A stretch of DNA of 64,000 nt from Candidatus Micrarchaeota archaeon (GCA_043821365.1 JBDRCX010000006.1:448001-512000), one strand, 5' to 3'. Positions 49,355 through 59,170 are shown, numbered from the stretch's first letter. Notes: generated by a model not told the origin, from the letters alone. Made by a program: numbers and translations.

Positions 49355-51601
49355 TCAGAACACCTTTGATAATCCTGGGATTTCTATGTCCCCGCCTAAG
49401 GTGTGCGACAAGCTTCTTATGAATATAAGTGTGGCAACAACATTGAACAATGGAAGTAGATAGACTGGCACCATATACTTTGCCAAATCTGTTATTACTG
49501 GTCGGCCAACTAATCCGGTGTCTCCTACTTTTGTAAATGTGCTAAGGTCCTGATCTGGTCTTGTATTTGCTGGTTTGCATAAATCCTGACAATGAGCATT
49601 TATTGGTGGGGAATACATATATTCTTCTTCTGCAAAAATACACATCTCACAAGCAGTTCTTGGTATCGCAAGTCTATATTCTGATGGACATATGTCAAGA
49701 CCACAACTTAATCCTGCAGTATAAGTTACTGGGAGTGCAGGTGAATTTGACAAAATCATTTTTTGTGCTGGACAAAGAGTGCACTCTCCCTCAGCCATTG
49801 CTTCAATTTTTAGATCTTCTAATTCATCAAGATCAACTTTGCATCCATCTGGACAACTATTACAATCTGATATGATGTCATCCCCATCTCCATCATCTGT
49901 CCTACAACTACTGGGAACTAGATTCCAATATGTACTGCCATCATGTGCATTCAAGAATTCTTGAATTCTACATTCTGGTTTGCAAGTACCGCATAAATCA
50001 TTACACACTCCAGTTGGTGGCAACACGTAGACACAATTATTTTCTGCATTATTAATATCAGCATTACAATATTGTGCTCGTTCGCATCTTTCTTCTGCGT
50101 CATCATCTGCATTTTCTTTTGTTGGTCTCCAAGTTGGGTTATTTGATTTCGTAACTCTACAATCGTAACTTGATTGCAAACATAAATCATAATCTTCTTC
50201 GTCATCTCCATTATCGCTTGCTAGATATAAGTCTATCTCGGTTATGGTAGTATCATATCTACAATCTGATGCCAGCGGAGGTATTACCTTACATGTAGTT
50301 GGGCATTTTGCTACCTCTTCAGGTATAGTTACCTGCACTGTTCGTTTTATCTTACAATGTTCTGACATCAAAGCACATGATAGCGGGACATTAATATCTT
50401 CACTATTATTATGATTTCGTTTAATACAATCTGGTGCTGTGGGGTATGGCAATTCTCTGCAACCAACTGGGCATGTTCCCCATAATCCCCAATTACAAGA
50501 GTATGCCTGCCCACCTGAATACGGGCTACTGCTATTCTGAACAGGCATACCAGTATTTGGCAATCCTGCTCCAGGAGCCCAAATTGGAAGAGTCCCATTT
50601 ACAAATTGTTCAGCTATTGTGGCATCATTAAATAATAATTTTACTTCATCACTTTGATTAAACACTGTTACCTGCCCACTCTTTACAACAAATGCAAGTG
50701 GTGGTGGTATTTTACATTCTGCAGGGCACCCACTACTATATTCTTCTGATACTCCATCTCCACTTATTGAAATTTGTAATGTAAACCAGTTAAATATATA
50801 CATTCCCGGGAAAAAAAACATGGCACCTATGGCTACCGCCATCAGAAGTCCACCAAGCTTTCTACTGAAAAAGAAGCTTCTTGCGACTATACCTATGGCA
50901 AGAATAACTGGTCCCATCTTTCCGGCTATCTCCTTCACAAAGAATTTTTGAGCGCCTACAAATGAAAGTAAGGTTGTGTAATTTTCGAAGAGTATTGCGT
51001 TCATGTCTGCGTAAAGAGCATAATATCCTCCAAAGCCCATATTTATTCCAAGTTGTGCACAATATATCAGACTCAAGCAGTTCAGACCAAATCTTCTTCC
51101 TATCCATTGTATGTCATTTGCATTACTATCAAGAACATTTTTTGCATTTGATTTTATGTTACTATAAATTTGGTCATCAAGATAATATTCTGTGACATCC
51201 TGAAGGCATTCTATACTTCCTTTTTGTGTGCCGCCATATGCTAAGTTACATCCTGCTATTGGTATTCCATCTGGTCCAGTGTCAGTCATTATTCCAATAA
51301 CAAGAAGATCTATGAATGCGATTGTTGCAATAAGGGCAACAACTATTATGGCATTTGTAAATACTTGTACAAATTCTGTTTTTGCCCATGCTTGCAATTC
51401 TGGCATCTCCAGTCCACTCCCAAACATATAGGCTATTGAAACCAGTGTGATTGATATGATAAGAGCAAGAACAGTCAGTACTTGCCAATTATTTGCTATC
51501 TCTAATATAGAATTTTCTGTAGTGTCTTCAAATACTTCGTCTGCAGTATCTGCGAAAGCAATTACAGAAAATAATAATAACAACAGCAAGATTTTTCTCA
51601 T
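49355..51601 (-). CDS. CedA/VirB6-like membrane protein with a large Cys-rich insertion, paralog 3
   Basis: PELQAWAKTEFVQ; ILAIGIVARSFFFSRKLGGLLMAVAIGAMFFFP; LGGDIEI. Confidence 0.7.
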   Translation of the reverse strand: MRKILLLLLLFSVIAFADTADEVFEDTTENSILEIANNWQVLTVLALIISITLVSIAYMFGSGLEMPELQAWAKTEFVQVFTNAIIVVALIATIAFIDLLVIGIMTDTGPDGIPIAGCNLAYGGTQKGSIECLQDVTEYYLDDQIYSNIKSNAKNVLDSNANDIQWIGRRFGLNCLSLIYCAQLGINMGFGGYYALYADMNAILFENYTTLLSFVGAQKFFVKEIAGKMGPVILAIGIVARSFFFSRKLGGLLMAVAIGAMFFFPGMYIFNWFTLQISISGDGVSEEYSSGCPAECKIPPPLAFVVKSGQVTVFNQSDEVKLLFNDATIAEQFVNGTLPIWAPGAGLPNTGMPVQNSSSPYSGGQAYSCNWGLWGTCPVGCRELPYPTAPDCIKRNHNNSEDINVPLSCALMSEHCKIKRTVQVTIPEEVAKCPTTCKVIPPLASDCRYDTTITEIDLYLASDNGDDEEDYDLCLQSSYDCRVTKSNNPTWRPTKENADDDAEERCERAQYCNADINNAENNCVYVLPPTGVCNDLCGTCKPECRIQEFLNAHDGSTYWNLVPSSCRTDDGDGDDIISDCNSCPDGCKVDLDELEDLKIEAMAEGECTLCPAQKMILSNSPALPVTYTAGLSCGLDICPSEYRLAIPRTACEMCIFAEEEYMYSPPINAHCQDLCKPANTRPDQDLSTFTKVGDTGLVGRPVITDLAKYMVPVYLLPLFNVVATLIFIRSLSHTLGGDIEIPGLSKVF

Positions 51602-52611
51602 CCAATCGCCCTCAATCCCTTATGCACGGCATTCATAAATGCCACAATTATTACTATTGTCAAGTTCGGGAAAAAGAACGCAAAAGGTAATAATTTCCCC
51701 ACATTCCAGAAACCAATTGAATTACTGCATGCGTTTCCACCGCCAGAACATCCTCCATCTACAACCCTATCACATACTGCATCTTCAAAATCATCACAAT
51801 CGTCTTCGTCTATGATATCATACATAGCTAATTCAAAAACATACATGAATGGAATTATGATATAAATTCCCAAACACAAGGCTATCAATAAATCCCCCAT
51901 CTGCCGTGTTGGTATGAATATTCTAAGTAAAAATGCTACTGGCAGCAGCCATTGAACTATGTTTTCTTTTATGAAACCAAGCATTAGTTTTTGCATGTTA
52001 ATGCTTACCAGTGCGGGTATCAAAAGTGAGCTGAATATCATTTCGTATTGGCTTGATCGTATCCTTTTGTATGCTGCCCCGGTTAGAGTATAACTGTTTA
52101 CTAAAGGCATAGCAAAGCTCCAGGCAAATGACGAGTCCATCATCTCTGATATTTGCCTATCAACATATGATTTTGTTATATCCTCTGCATCCTGGCTAAG
52201 CTTGTCAAGATAACAGTATGCTACGTCATTCATACTTGCACTGTTGCAGGACAATGCACCAAAAGTTGTTCCCAAATTCGTAAGAAGTAGTTGTGAGAAT
52301 CCTTCCATCGTGTAACATGTTCCAATAAGTATACCACTAAAAGCCATAAGAAAAACAATTGAGAAGCCAAGATGGTACATTTCGTCTTTAGAAAATACTA
52401 GAAAATTAGCATTTGTAAAAACTGTTCCGATCATGTACGTAATTGCTATCAATAATATGGTGAATGCTATTACTATGCTTATCAACACTCCCTGTTCTGC
52501 GAAAATACCAACTGTTGAATTATCTATGCAGTTGGTTGTGGAATCTATTGTCCACACTCCTGCTGCAGTTGCAAATGAAACAAAAATCAAAAATGCAAGT
52601 AATTTTTTCAT
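51598..52611 (-). CDS. CedA/VirB6-like membrane protein, paralog 2
   Basis: NFLVFSKDEMYH; LLPVAFLLRIFIPTRQMGDLLIALCLGIYIIIP. Confidence 0.7.
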   Translation of the reverse strand: MKKLLAFLIFVSFATAAGVWTIDSTTNCIDNSTVGIFAEQGVLISIVIAFTILLIAITYMIGTVFTNANFLVFSKDEMYHLGFSIVFLMAFSGILIGTCYTMEGFSQLLLTNLGTTFGALSCNSASMNDVAYCYLDKLSQDAEDITKSYVDRQISEMMDSSFAWSFAMPLVNSYTLTGAAYKRIRSSQYEMIFSSLLIPALVSINMQKLMLGFIKENIVQWLLPVAFLLRIFIPTRQMGDLLIALCLGIYIIIPFMYVFELAMYDIIDEDDCDDFEDAVCDRVVDGGCSGGGNACSNSIGFWNVGKLLPFAFFFPNLTIVIIVAFMNAVHKGLRAIG

Positions 52612-53825
52612 ATCAGTCTTTGCACCCCGAACATGTATGCTTCTCCTCCAAGTGCGGTAGATAAGCTTTTTGCCCCTGAGATTGTTATTATTGCTATTAT
52701 TATCAGATCAATGTAGGTCAGAAAAACCAAATTATTAACAGCTTCAAGGAATGGTATCACAACATCAAATGCATTTAGCCAATATGGATCACCAGCCATG
52801 ACAATTGGTTCCCATAATAATGTAAACACAGTAAAAAGTACCTGAAAAATAATTTGTATTATTGGATAGACAACATTTTGTACAAGAGTAACACAACCAG
52901 GATAGGCAGCCTGGCCACCAGGAATGAATAATAAAAATAAACAAACTATCAATGCAAAAGGATAATCCCCAAGCCCGAGCAAAACTCGTATTGGTTCTAC
53001 TTCACAAAATCCAGCGGATGCTCCCATTACCCATGTTGCACCATTAAGGGTACTTTGATCAATTGATGGATTTGGCATGGTTATGCTTTGGTTGAGTTGA
53101 TCAACTATAATTACCGATAATGGAAGGAAAACATAGGCTGCTATTGCTATTGAAATAAGTGTGTTGCCAAGTTTTCTTGTAAAAGGGATAACACGTACTA
53201 TGAATGCACCCGGAAGCAAAATTGCTGGTACTATGACATCAGCATAAACAATAAGTAATCTTATTCCTTCAGATAGAAATATTGCATTTGTCAATGCTTG
53301 TGTTGCAATCGTGAGTGGTGTCAATAACAACATAGTACCTGATAGTGGGTTTGTTGCATAGCTTATGGACACATACCATAAAGGAATACTCAGATATGGT
53401 GAATAGGTTGATGCTGTTCTTATCTTTCCTCCAGCTTCTATTGCTTCCTTGAAGGCGTCATCAAATTCATCTATCCAATCATCTATTATCCCTACTGATG
53501 TTGTTATGTAATTTGATCCTGCAGCATTACCAGCTAATATTTCACCAATATCTCCGGATGTTACTGCACCAGTTACAACAATTGAAATTAGCGATATTAT
53601 TATGAGTGCAACTCCAAATTCTCTGAGTTCTGTTTTTACCCATGCATTTAATTTTGGGTCTGATGTCATCTCAGCTATCATTTTTGTTATTGCAAGTAAA
53701 ATTACAACAACCATTGCAGCTATTGGCACTGAGATTTTTATCTCATCTCCTATTGGAGTTACCAATCCAGCATGCAGAACTGATAACAATGTTAAAATTA
53801 ACAATCCAGCACGCCAAAGAACCAT
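52608..53825 (-). CDS. CedA/VirB6-like membrane protein, paralog 1
   Basis: PKLNAWVKTELRE; LLPGAFIVRVIPFTRKLGNTLISIAIAAYVFLP; LGGEAYM. Confidence 0.7.
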   Translation of the reverse strand: MVLWRAGLLILTLLSVLHAGLVTPIGDEIKISVPIAAMVVVILLAITKMIAEMTSDPKLNAWVKTELREFGVALIIISLISIVVTGAVTSGDIGEILAGNAAGSNYITTSVGIIDDWIDEFDDAFKEAIEAGGKIRTASTYSPYLSIPLWYVSISYATNPLSGTMLLLTPLTIATQALTNAIFLSEGIRLLIVYADVIVPAILLPGAFIVRVIPFTRKLGNTLISIAIAAYVFLPLSVIIVDQLNQSITMPNPSIDQSTLNGATWVMGASAGFCEVEPIRVLLGLGDYPFALIVCLFLLFIPGGQAAYPGCVTLVQNVVYPIIQIIFQVLFTVFTLLWEPIVMAGDPYWLNAFDVVIPFLEAVNNLVFLTYIDLIIIAIITISGAKSLSTALGGEAYMFGVQRLI

Positions 53826-53932
53826 AGCTAGACTTCTACCTTGTTAATTTAAATCTTTTTGATTTTGATCTGTTGAATCCTCGCAAAGTTTACCGAACAA
53901 ATAATTATAAATCTACTAAAGTGTATTATAAC

Positions 53933-56900
53933 ATGAAATATGGTCTCGCTATTTTAGGAGTGCTCTTTTTTGTTAATTTAATTTCTGCAACAGACTGTCT
54001 TGATTGTGATGATCTTAACGAAGCATTACAAGGAAAGTTATTTACGTTAACACATACTTATGAAAAAACTATAGAAATTTATGCCTATTACGAAAATAAT
54101 TCTGCTCCTGATCCAAGAGTCGCATTAAACAACACCGCAATAATAATAGAAATTACCAATGCTTCAAATAGTGGTAATTTTCCTCAGTTGCACAAAGTCT
54201 ACACTGATCAAACTGGCAAAGCAGAATTTGATTTTTCTGAGTGGGCTGACGATTCAACTAGTGGATGCTTCAATATGAAAGTTCTCTACTGTCCTTTTTG
54301 TACTGTTGATTCTTCACACTGTGGTTTTGCAGAGTGTCTTTCTTTTTCAAGTATACGCAATACCTCTGGCTATTATAGTAATATAATTGGGGACATTGAA
54401 AACATAGATGATATTGAAGGCCCATCTGCTCCTGCAGTAGTTAACAACGGGACTTATCTTCCACAGGTTACTCTTGTTTCATTCTGTTCTCCACCGCCAC
54501 CAGCCGCAACTACTCCTGCTTTTTGCCTTCCATTAATTCTTGTTTTTGCTTTACTAGGTGGTGCACTTTATCTTTCTGGACAGAATCCATTTGGTGTATT
54601 CAATCTTGGTTCTCCAAGAGTTGGAAGACATATTCGTTATCAAGCAAGAGCAAGAGGATTTTCATTTAGTGTTATGTCTGTTATTCAAGCTGCAGGATCA
54701 ATTGCATCAACAGTAAGTCAAGTAAAAAAAGCAAAAGCAGAAGCAAAAAAAGAAGGAAAGAGTATGTCTACTGGTGATGCAATAAAAAAAGTGGAGAGCA
54801 ATAGGGCAAGTTATAATATTATTGGTGCCTCCTCAGTGAATAGGATAAAGATGGGTATTGGTGGTTTTAAATCAGCACGGGCAAAAGCAGCTGCAAAGGG
54901 AGGAACAGCTCAAGGTCAAGCCATGCGCTCAGGACAAGATGCCGGAACTGGTGGTCGTGGTGTACAATTTTTAGGACCTGGACAAATGAGAATGCCTGGA
55001 GAGGGGTATGGAAATACTGGTGGCAAGTTAATGGCTAAATGGGGTGGAGGCAAGGGGGCATCTGGTTATTTTGGAAAGATGGCAGCTGGATTTACTGCAA
55101 TGGGGGTAGGACTCTTATCAAGTTTGCCAATTTTCTATTCGTTTAGTGCAATTGCTACTGCTTGCGGCGCAGATACTAATATTATGGCAAGAATTGAAAG
55201 AGGATCTAGAGATCCTGCTAGAGCTCAAGCAGAACTAAACCAAAGACTTGGTCAAGACGGAAATCCAATAATTACTTTGTCTGATGGTGAAACAGAAGCA
55301 ACTATGACTATGGCAGCAGGAGAAGAAACAACAACTGTTGGACTTACTGCCATACCAGTACCAGGTGAATCTCAACCAGAACAACCACCAGCAGAGAAAC
55401 AAGCACAAGTTACAATGGACAATGAGACTGGAGAGGTAAAAGCTGTTTCTTACGAAGCCCCAGCAACTGCTAAGAATCCTGAAACAGGAGAAGCAACTGC
55501 TGGTCAAAAAGTAGCTGTTTCTGGAACATCTGGAGATGCAACTGTTAAAGTTGAAGCAGGAGGAACTACTACGGAATATAAAATTACTCAAGTTTCTCCA
55601 ACTCCAGTTACTGGCGCAGAAGCAGATGCAGTAAAAGCATTAGCAGCACCAGGTGCAACACCGGCAGACGGACAAACAGTGGTTGTAGTTACTGCTCCAG
55701 ATGGGGGAACAAAAATAAGGATAGATGGTGGAGATCAGGCAGGAACTTATAGTGTTGGAGCTGATGGTTCTGTTGCTAGAATCCAACCAGATGTTATTAC
55801 TAAAACTGAACCTATTACTGGTCCTGCAGCAGACCAGATAAGGACTTTATGCAGTCCAACTACCGGTCCTTTACCAGAAGGTAATGTATCAGTTGTGGCA
55901 GGTCCTAATGGGGAACAGCAGTTCAAAATTGATGGTGGACCAAATGCAGGAACTTATACTTTTGGTGCAGATGGCTCGGTTACTAGAATTGAAACTGTTA
56001 CTGGCCCTGCAGCAGATGCAGTAAAAGCATTAGCAGCACCAGGACTTACTGGTGATGGTATTATTGGCGGGTTTAAGGTTGGAGATACTCCAACAATGCC
56101 AGCTGATCGTTGGGCTGGTCAAATGACTCCAGCTGAAATAGCAAAATTAGAAGCACAAGGGCAATATGTTGGTGATCTCCAAAAACAAGACACATTCCTT
56201 GCATCATGTGCAGAGACTGTTATAGGTGTACAAGAAGCTATTGATCATGTTAAATCAACAACTCAGGCAGCAGCTGGAGATAGACACGATGAGATTGCAA
56301 CTGCTATATCTGCTCCTGAAGGAAAAGCTCTTCTTGATGCTGCGTTAGATAGGGAAGCAACTACTGCTGCATCATTGGCATTTGGGAAACCAGTTGAACC
56401 AGAAGAAGCAACCAAACTCACAACTGGGGTTGCAAAAACAATTGAAGAAACTGATCTTTATCGCGGGGGGTTTGGAGCAGATGCTGTCAGAACTGTCTGG
56501 GATGAACATAATCCGGTTATGGGTGATGATAAAAGACAAGCACTAGAACGGGCTGGAATGGCCATCGATCAGATAGTTGCCAGTTTGCCAGTTGGTGATC
56601 TTGCAGAAATGACCCCAGCTAAATTACAAGGCCACTTAGAACAAAGATTGGGAGAAGGTGCTGCAACAGTACTCGAACATATAAAACTAGATCATGTATC
56701 CGGAAATATTCAAAGAGAGGCAGGAGAATTCAAACAAGAACTAACTGCACGATTAGGTGAAACTACAGCTTCCCAATTATTATCTACACCTCAAGAACAA
56801 TTTCAAATATTGCGTGAGTCTTCTAATCGTATTTACGAAGCACGAGCTGATCCTAGTGGAACAGAAGCAGTTAGTTTAGTTATGAGAGATCCATCTAAAC

Positions 56901-57841
56901 TTCCAGCAGATTTACAACTTTCTGTTGCCGAATATCATACTTATTCAGCTGCAGCTACTGAGGCAGCTATGATGTCAACTAGTATATATGATGACAATCG
57001 TGCAGCAAGCGGCGATACAACACAAGTGTTAAAGTATGGTGAAACGCAAGCAAATATTGCTCCTCATCTCGAAGAAGATGTTCTCCATGGAGCACAAATG
57101 GATTTACAAAGGGTCATGATCAAACAAGTAGATACACTTGATGAATCAAACAAAGCATTATTGCCTTCAGAATATGGTACGATGACTCGAAAGTATGATG
57201 ATGGGTTCCAGCAAATAGGCGAAGCAAATCAAATGCAAGTTGCTTTCATGTCCGCTGGATTATTGGACCCAAGCAATCCTAGTACTTCTCCAACTAGTGC
57301 AGCACTTTCTACTGCATTATTCACAGAACTGGAGGTTAATAGAGCCTTGGATAAATCAAGGGACATATATCAAGACCTTGGTGTTGGCGGTGCTGTTGCT
57401 GATACTGGCCCTGTCGGTATGACTAAAGTTGGTACTCTACCAGATATAGATTATAACGCAGCAACTGCGAAATTAGCTCAAGAAGCTTATAGATATCATA
57501 CTCTGGGAATGCCTGATGTTGCGCAAGCATATACTGAAGTTTTACATCATGTTACAGAAGCAAGAGATGCACCCAACAGTACTGAACGAGATGAACATTT
57601 GACACAAGCACGTCAAACATTATCTATAATGTCTATTGCCCCTACAACTCCTGATCAAGTTGGTCCTCAAGGACATATTTATGAAGCAGTTCATGGTGCA
57701 GAAACACACATAGAAGAAGCATATGATCTAGGACGACAAAGAATTGCAGAAGGAGATAGATACGCTGAGAAAGTGACTCAAAAAGTTCAAAAGATTATCG
57801 AAAAACAAAGGCGTGAAGATACAGAAAGGCATGGTATGTGA
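53933..57841 (+). CDS. Giant membrane protein: signal peptide, Cys-containing ectodomain, TM, long Gly/Ala/Thr-rich tail with internal repeats
   Basis: MKYGLAILGVLFFVNLISA; TM CLPLILVFALLGGALYLSGQNPFG; repeated TGPAADAVKALAAPG. Confidence 0.85.
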   Translation: MKYGLAILGVLFFVNLISATDCLDCDDLNEALQGKLFTLTHTYEKTIEIYAYYENNSAPDPRVALNNTAIIIEITNASNSGNFPQLHKVYTDQTGKAEFDFSEWADDSTSGCFNMKVLYCPFCTVDSSHCGFAECLSFSSIRNTSGYYSNIIGDIENIDDIEGPSAPAVVNNGTYLPQVTLVSFCSPPPPAATTPAFCLPLILVFALLGGALYLSGQNPFGVFNLGSPRVGRHIRYQARARGFSFSVMSVIQAAGSIASTVSQVKKAKAEAKKEGKSMSTGDAIKKVESNRASYNIIGASSVNRIKMGIGGFKSARAKAAAKGGTAQGQAMRSGQDAGTGGRGVQFLGPGQMRMPGEGYGNTGGKLMAKWGGGKGASGYFGKMAAGFTAMGVGLLSSLPIFYSFSAIATACGADTNIMARIERGSRDPARAQAELNQRLGQDGNPIITLSDGETEATMTMAAGEETTTVGLTAIPVPGESQPEQPPAEKQAQVTMDNETGEVKAVSYEAPATAKNPETGEATAGQKVAVSGTSGDATVKVEAGGTTTEYKITQVSPTPVTGAEADAVKALAAPGATPADGQTVVVVTAPDGGTKIRIDGGDQAGTYSVGADGSVARIQPDVITKTEPITGPAADQIRTLCSPTTGPLPEGNVSVVAGPNGEQQFKIDGGPNAGTYTFGADGSVTRIETVTGPAADAVKALAAPGLTGDGIIGGFKVGDTPTMPADRWAGQMTPAEIAKLEAQGQYVGDLQKQDTFLASCAETVIGVQEAIDHVKSTTQAAAGDRHDEIATAISAPEGKALLDAALDREATTAASLAFGKPVEPEEATKLTTGVAKTIEETDLYRGGFGADAVRTVWDEHNPVMGDDKRQALERAGMAIDQIVASLPVGDLAEMTPAKLQGHLEQRLGEGAATVLEHIKLDHVSGNIQREAGEFKQELTARLGETTASQLLSTPQEQFQILRESSNRIYEARADPSGTEAVSLVMRDPSKLPADLQLSVAEYHTYSAAATEAAMMSTSIYDDNRAASGDTTQVLKYGETQANIAPHLEEDVLHGAQMDLQRVMIKQVDTLDESNKALLPSEYGTMTRKYDDGFQQIGEANQMQVAFMSAGLLDPSNPSTSPTSAALSTALFTELEVNRALDKSRDIYQDLGVGGAVADTGPVGMTKVGTLPDIDYNAATAKLAQEAYRYHTLGMPDVAQAYTEVLHHVTEARDAPNSTERDEHLTQARQTLSIMSIAPTTPDQVGPQGHIYEAVHGAETHIEEAYDLGRQRIAEGDRYAEKVTQKVQKIIEKQRREDTERHGM

Positions 57842-57845
57842 GCTT

Positions 57846-58157
57846 ATGAGTTTTGCAACTGCCCCAATCAAAAGATTAAAACGATTGCTCACATCTGGAA
57901 ATCTCTGGCTTTACATTCTCTCCTTGTTAAGAAATCAGAAAATCTATGCCTATGAAATGGACAATATGATTGAAAAAGAATTCTTCTTTAAACCAGATAA
58001 AATCATGATTTATATAGTTCTCTATCGTTTGGAAAATGAAAAACTCATAACTTCAAAATTCCAACAAAGAAGAAAATACTATTCAATAACAAAAAAAGGA
58101 AAAGAAACACTGGATTCTGCAAGGGAATATTTCAAAGTTTTATCAAATAAATTGTAA
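57846..58157 (+). CDS. PadR-family wHTH regulator
   Basis: LWLYILSLL, YAYE, IYIVLYRLE, RRKYYSITKKG. Confidence 0.88.
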   Translation: MSFATAPIKRLKRLLTSGNLWLYILSLLRNQKIYAYEMDNMIEKEFFFKPDKIMIYIVLYRLENEKLITSKFQQRRKYYSITKKGKETLDSAREYFKVLSNKL

Positions 58158-58197
58158 GTGTTAAATTTAAATTAACAACTGTTATATATTATTTAAC

Positions 58198-58803
58198 ATG
58201 TTAGAAAAACTTCTGCGTTCAAAAGCAGGTGTCAAGCTTATTGGTACAGTCCTATTCAACGATGGTCTTCATCTAAGGGAATTGGCCAGAAAGGCAAATA
58301 TTTCACCATTTGAAGCAAAAAGAGAATTAGATATATTGTTAGATCTGGATCTATTGACTCGTAAGAAAGTGGGCAATCAGGTTTTTTTCTATACTAACAA
58401 AGAGTGTTCTTTTCTTCAGGATCTTAAAAATCTCTATCAAAAAACAGAGGGGTTTTTTATGGTTTTGAAAGAAGCACTGTTGCCACTTAACCTAAAGTAT
58501 GCTTTCGTATTTGGTAGTATTGCAAAAGGAACAGAGATAAAGAATAGTGATCTAGATCTGTTAGTGATAGGTGATGAATCAGATACTAACCTGTCAAATA
58601 TTATCTTCAAAACTCAGAAAAAGTTCAATAGAGACATAAATTTCATATTATGGTCAAGAAAAGATTTTCAGGAAAAACTAAACTCTAAAAACATGTTTCT
58701 ATTTAATATTTTAAATCAAAAAATAATTTGGATTATGGGGGATGAGTATGAGTTTAGCAGAATTGTTAAAGAAGGATTTGGTAAGAAAATCAGAACCAGA
58801 TAG
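58198..58803 (+). CDS. HTH + minimal nucleotidyltransferase (MNT) antitoxin
   Basis: LHLRELARK HTH; FVFGSIAKG...SDLDLLVIG. Confidence 0.9.
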   Translation: MLEKLLRSKAGVKLIGTVLFNDGLHLRELARKANISPFEAKRELDILLDLDLLTRKKVGNQVFFYTNKECSFLQDLKNLYQKTEGFFMVLKEALLPLNLKYAFVFGSIAKGTEIKNSDLDLLVIGDESDTNLSNIIFKTQKKFNRDINFILWSRKDFQEKLNSKNMFLFNILNQKIIWIMGDEYEFSRIVKEGFGKKIRTR

Positions 58804-59170
58804 AAATCAAGCACTAGAACTTTTGGCTTCAGCAGAACGAGATCTTAAAGCGGCAAATGATAATTTGGCCAGCTCAAATTATGATTGGGCACTTGCAATT
58901 TCTTATAATTCAATGCTCTCCAGTGGAAGGGCGCTCATGGCAAATAAAGGATATATACCAGTGACCGAGGCTCATCATCTTGCGGTCGTACGATTTTGTG
59001 ATGCTGTTTTACAATCTAAAACTAATTTTGGGGGAACGTTCAATAAATATAGAGTTCGTCGTCATAATGTGGTATATGGAGCTGCTGGAAGTGTTGGGAG
59101 GGAAGAAGCAGAAACATCTATTAAGAATGCAGAATTATTCTACAAATGCATACGAGGGACTATAAAATGA
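58742..59170 (+). CDS. HEPN-domain protein (putative RNase toxin)
   Basis: AERDLKAA, YNSMLSSGRALM, YRVRRHNVVY; overlaps the MNT gene. Confidence 0.88.
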   Translation: MSMSLAELLKKDLVRKSEPDRNQALELLASAERDLKAANDNLASSNYDWALAISYNSMLSSGRALMANKGYIPVTEAHHLAVVRFCDAVLQSKTNFGGTFNKYRVRRHNVVYGAAGSVGREEAETSIKNAELFYKCIRGTIK

